Assembly: GCA_965246715.1 (NCBI GenBank)
Contig: CBDFFH010000052.1
Coordinates: 32,001-96,000, forward strand
Direction: 5' to 3'
Source: Chamaesiphon sp.
GTDB lineage: Bacteria; Cyanobacteriota; Cyanobacteriia; Cyanobacteriales; Chamaesiphonaceae
DNA: 64,000 nt
Shown here: positions 63,163 through 64,000 of the stretch, one piece after another
Layout of the letters: each line of letters opens with the position of its first letter
Numbering within the stretch: position 1 is the stretch's first letter
Notes under the pieces: model-generated
Told to the model about the DNA's origin: nothing
The model's database searches: none
Seen by the model: only the letters and a program-made list of their open reading frames with translations
Position numbers and translations under genes: made by a program

Positions 63163-64000
63163 CTACCCAACCGCCCGAGCTGGCGCTAAAATCTCCGCAT
63201 ATAGGTGTTCGATTCGATCGATATTGCCCGTCAGGGTATAACGGTTTAACACTCGCTGACGGGCAGATTTGCCCAGAATCTCGCGCCATGCACTATGCTC
63301 GCGGATGACCGGGAGGATGGTGCGGAGTTGAGCGGTCACGCCTTGAGTGTTGATGACAACACCAGCCCCTTCGGCGATCACGGATGCATCTGCACCCGCA
63401 TCGGTAGCAACACAGGCAATACCACAAGCCATTGCTTCTAATAGCGAAAGCGATAAACCTTCAACTAGAGAGGGGAGAATAAATACATCAGCACCGCGTA
63501 GAATTTCGATCCGGCGCGCATCATCGCGAATCGCACCCAACCAAAAAACACCTTGCTCGGTATTGTAAAACGGTTCGAGATTTGGCTTGAGCGGGCCGTC
63601 GCCAACTAATAATAGTTTGCAACCATAGTTGCTCATATTGCAGTATTTCCAAGCTTTTAATAGGGCTTCGACATTTTTTTCAGTAGAGATGCGACCCTGA
63701 TAAACATAAATTTGCCTGGCATTAAATTCGGCTTTGATATTACTAGTACCGGGGGTGTATTTTTGGTCGTCTACACCATTGGGGATAATCACCAATCGAT
63801 CGCGTGGTACTCCGAGTTTGACTAGTAAATCTTGCTGTTCTTCGCAAAAAATAATCGTTCGATCGTACTTAGCTAAAAATGGTGCGTAGAGTTGATAAGC
63901 AAGTAACTGAGTCGTTGAAGTAGCATTGCGCCTTTTCCCATCATAGGGAGTATGAAATGTGGAAATTAACGGTAAATTTAGCTCTTGGCAAATTTCTGGA
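63163..64000 (-). CDS. GT4 family glycosyltransferase, 5' part outside the window
   Basis: TFH, IPNGVD, GR...EKN, GDGP, LPSLVEGLSLSLLEAMACG. Confidence 0.93.
   Translation of the reverse strand, partial: PEICQELNLPLISTFHTPYDGKRRNATSTTQLLAYQLYAPFLAKYDRTIIFCEEQQDLLVKLGVPRDRLVIIPNGVDDQKYTPGTSNIKAEFNARQIYVYQGRISTEKNVEALLKAWKYCNMSNYGCKLLLVGDGPLKPNLEPFYNTEQGVFWLGAIRDDARRIEILRGADVFILPSLVEGLSLSLLEAMACGIACVATDAGADASVIAEGAGVVINTQGVTAQLRTILPVIREHSAWREILGKSARQRVLNRYTLTGNIDRIEHLYAEILAPARAVG

Overview
Cyanobacterial chromosomal segment, shown by ycf3, cpcG, ndhS, desC and mgdA together with very dense HIP1 (GCGATCGC/CGATCG) sites and heptamer tandem repeats. The style suggests Chamaesiphon, but that is only an inference. 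Most of the window is housekeeping: eno, gloA, gatC, dps, purA, rplY, cynS, aroE, aroK, hslO, larC, plsY, two tRNAs, a sugar ABC transporter, a PPIase-HlyB-HlyD type I secretion operon and a 1441-aa RTX/polysaccharide-deacetylase protein. A cluster of IS and pseudogene remnants lies at 60.6-62.4 kb. The most interesting locus is an accessory cluster between gloA and ycf3 (9.8-12.7 kb). It encodes a small signal-peptide protein with a repeated F-V-K motif, a start-less remnant of a second copy with the same motif, a radical SAM/SPASM enzyme resembling cyclophane-forming peptide maturases, and an overlapping HxD...H Fe(II)/2OG-type oxygenase. This is a candidate undescribed RiPP or protein cross-linking system. 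The window also has two MITE families with 4-bp target duplications, and a small repeat carrying two different hairpin inserts at the same site. All functional calls come from motif recognition by eye; no searches were run.
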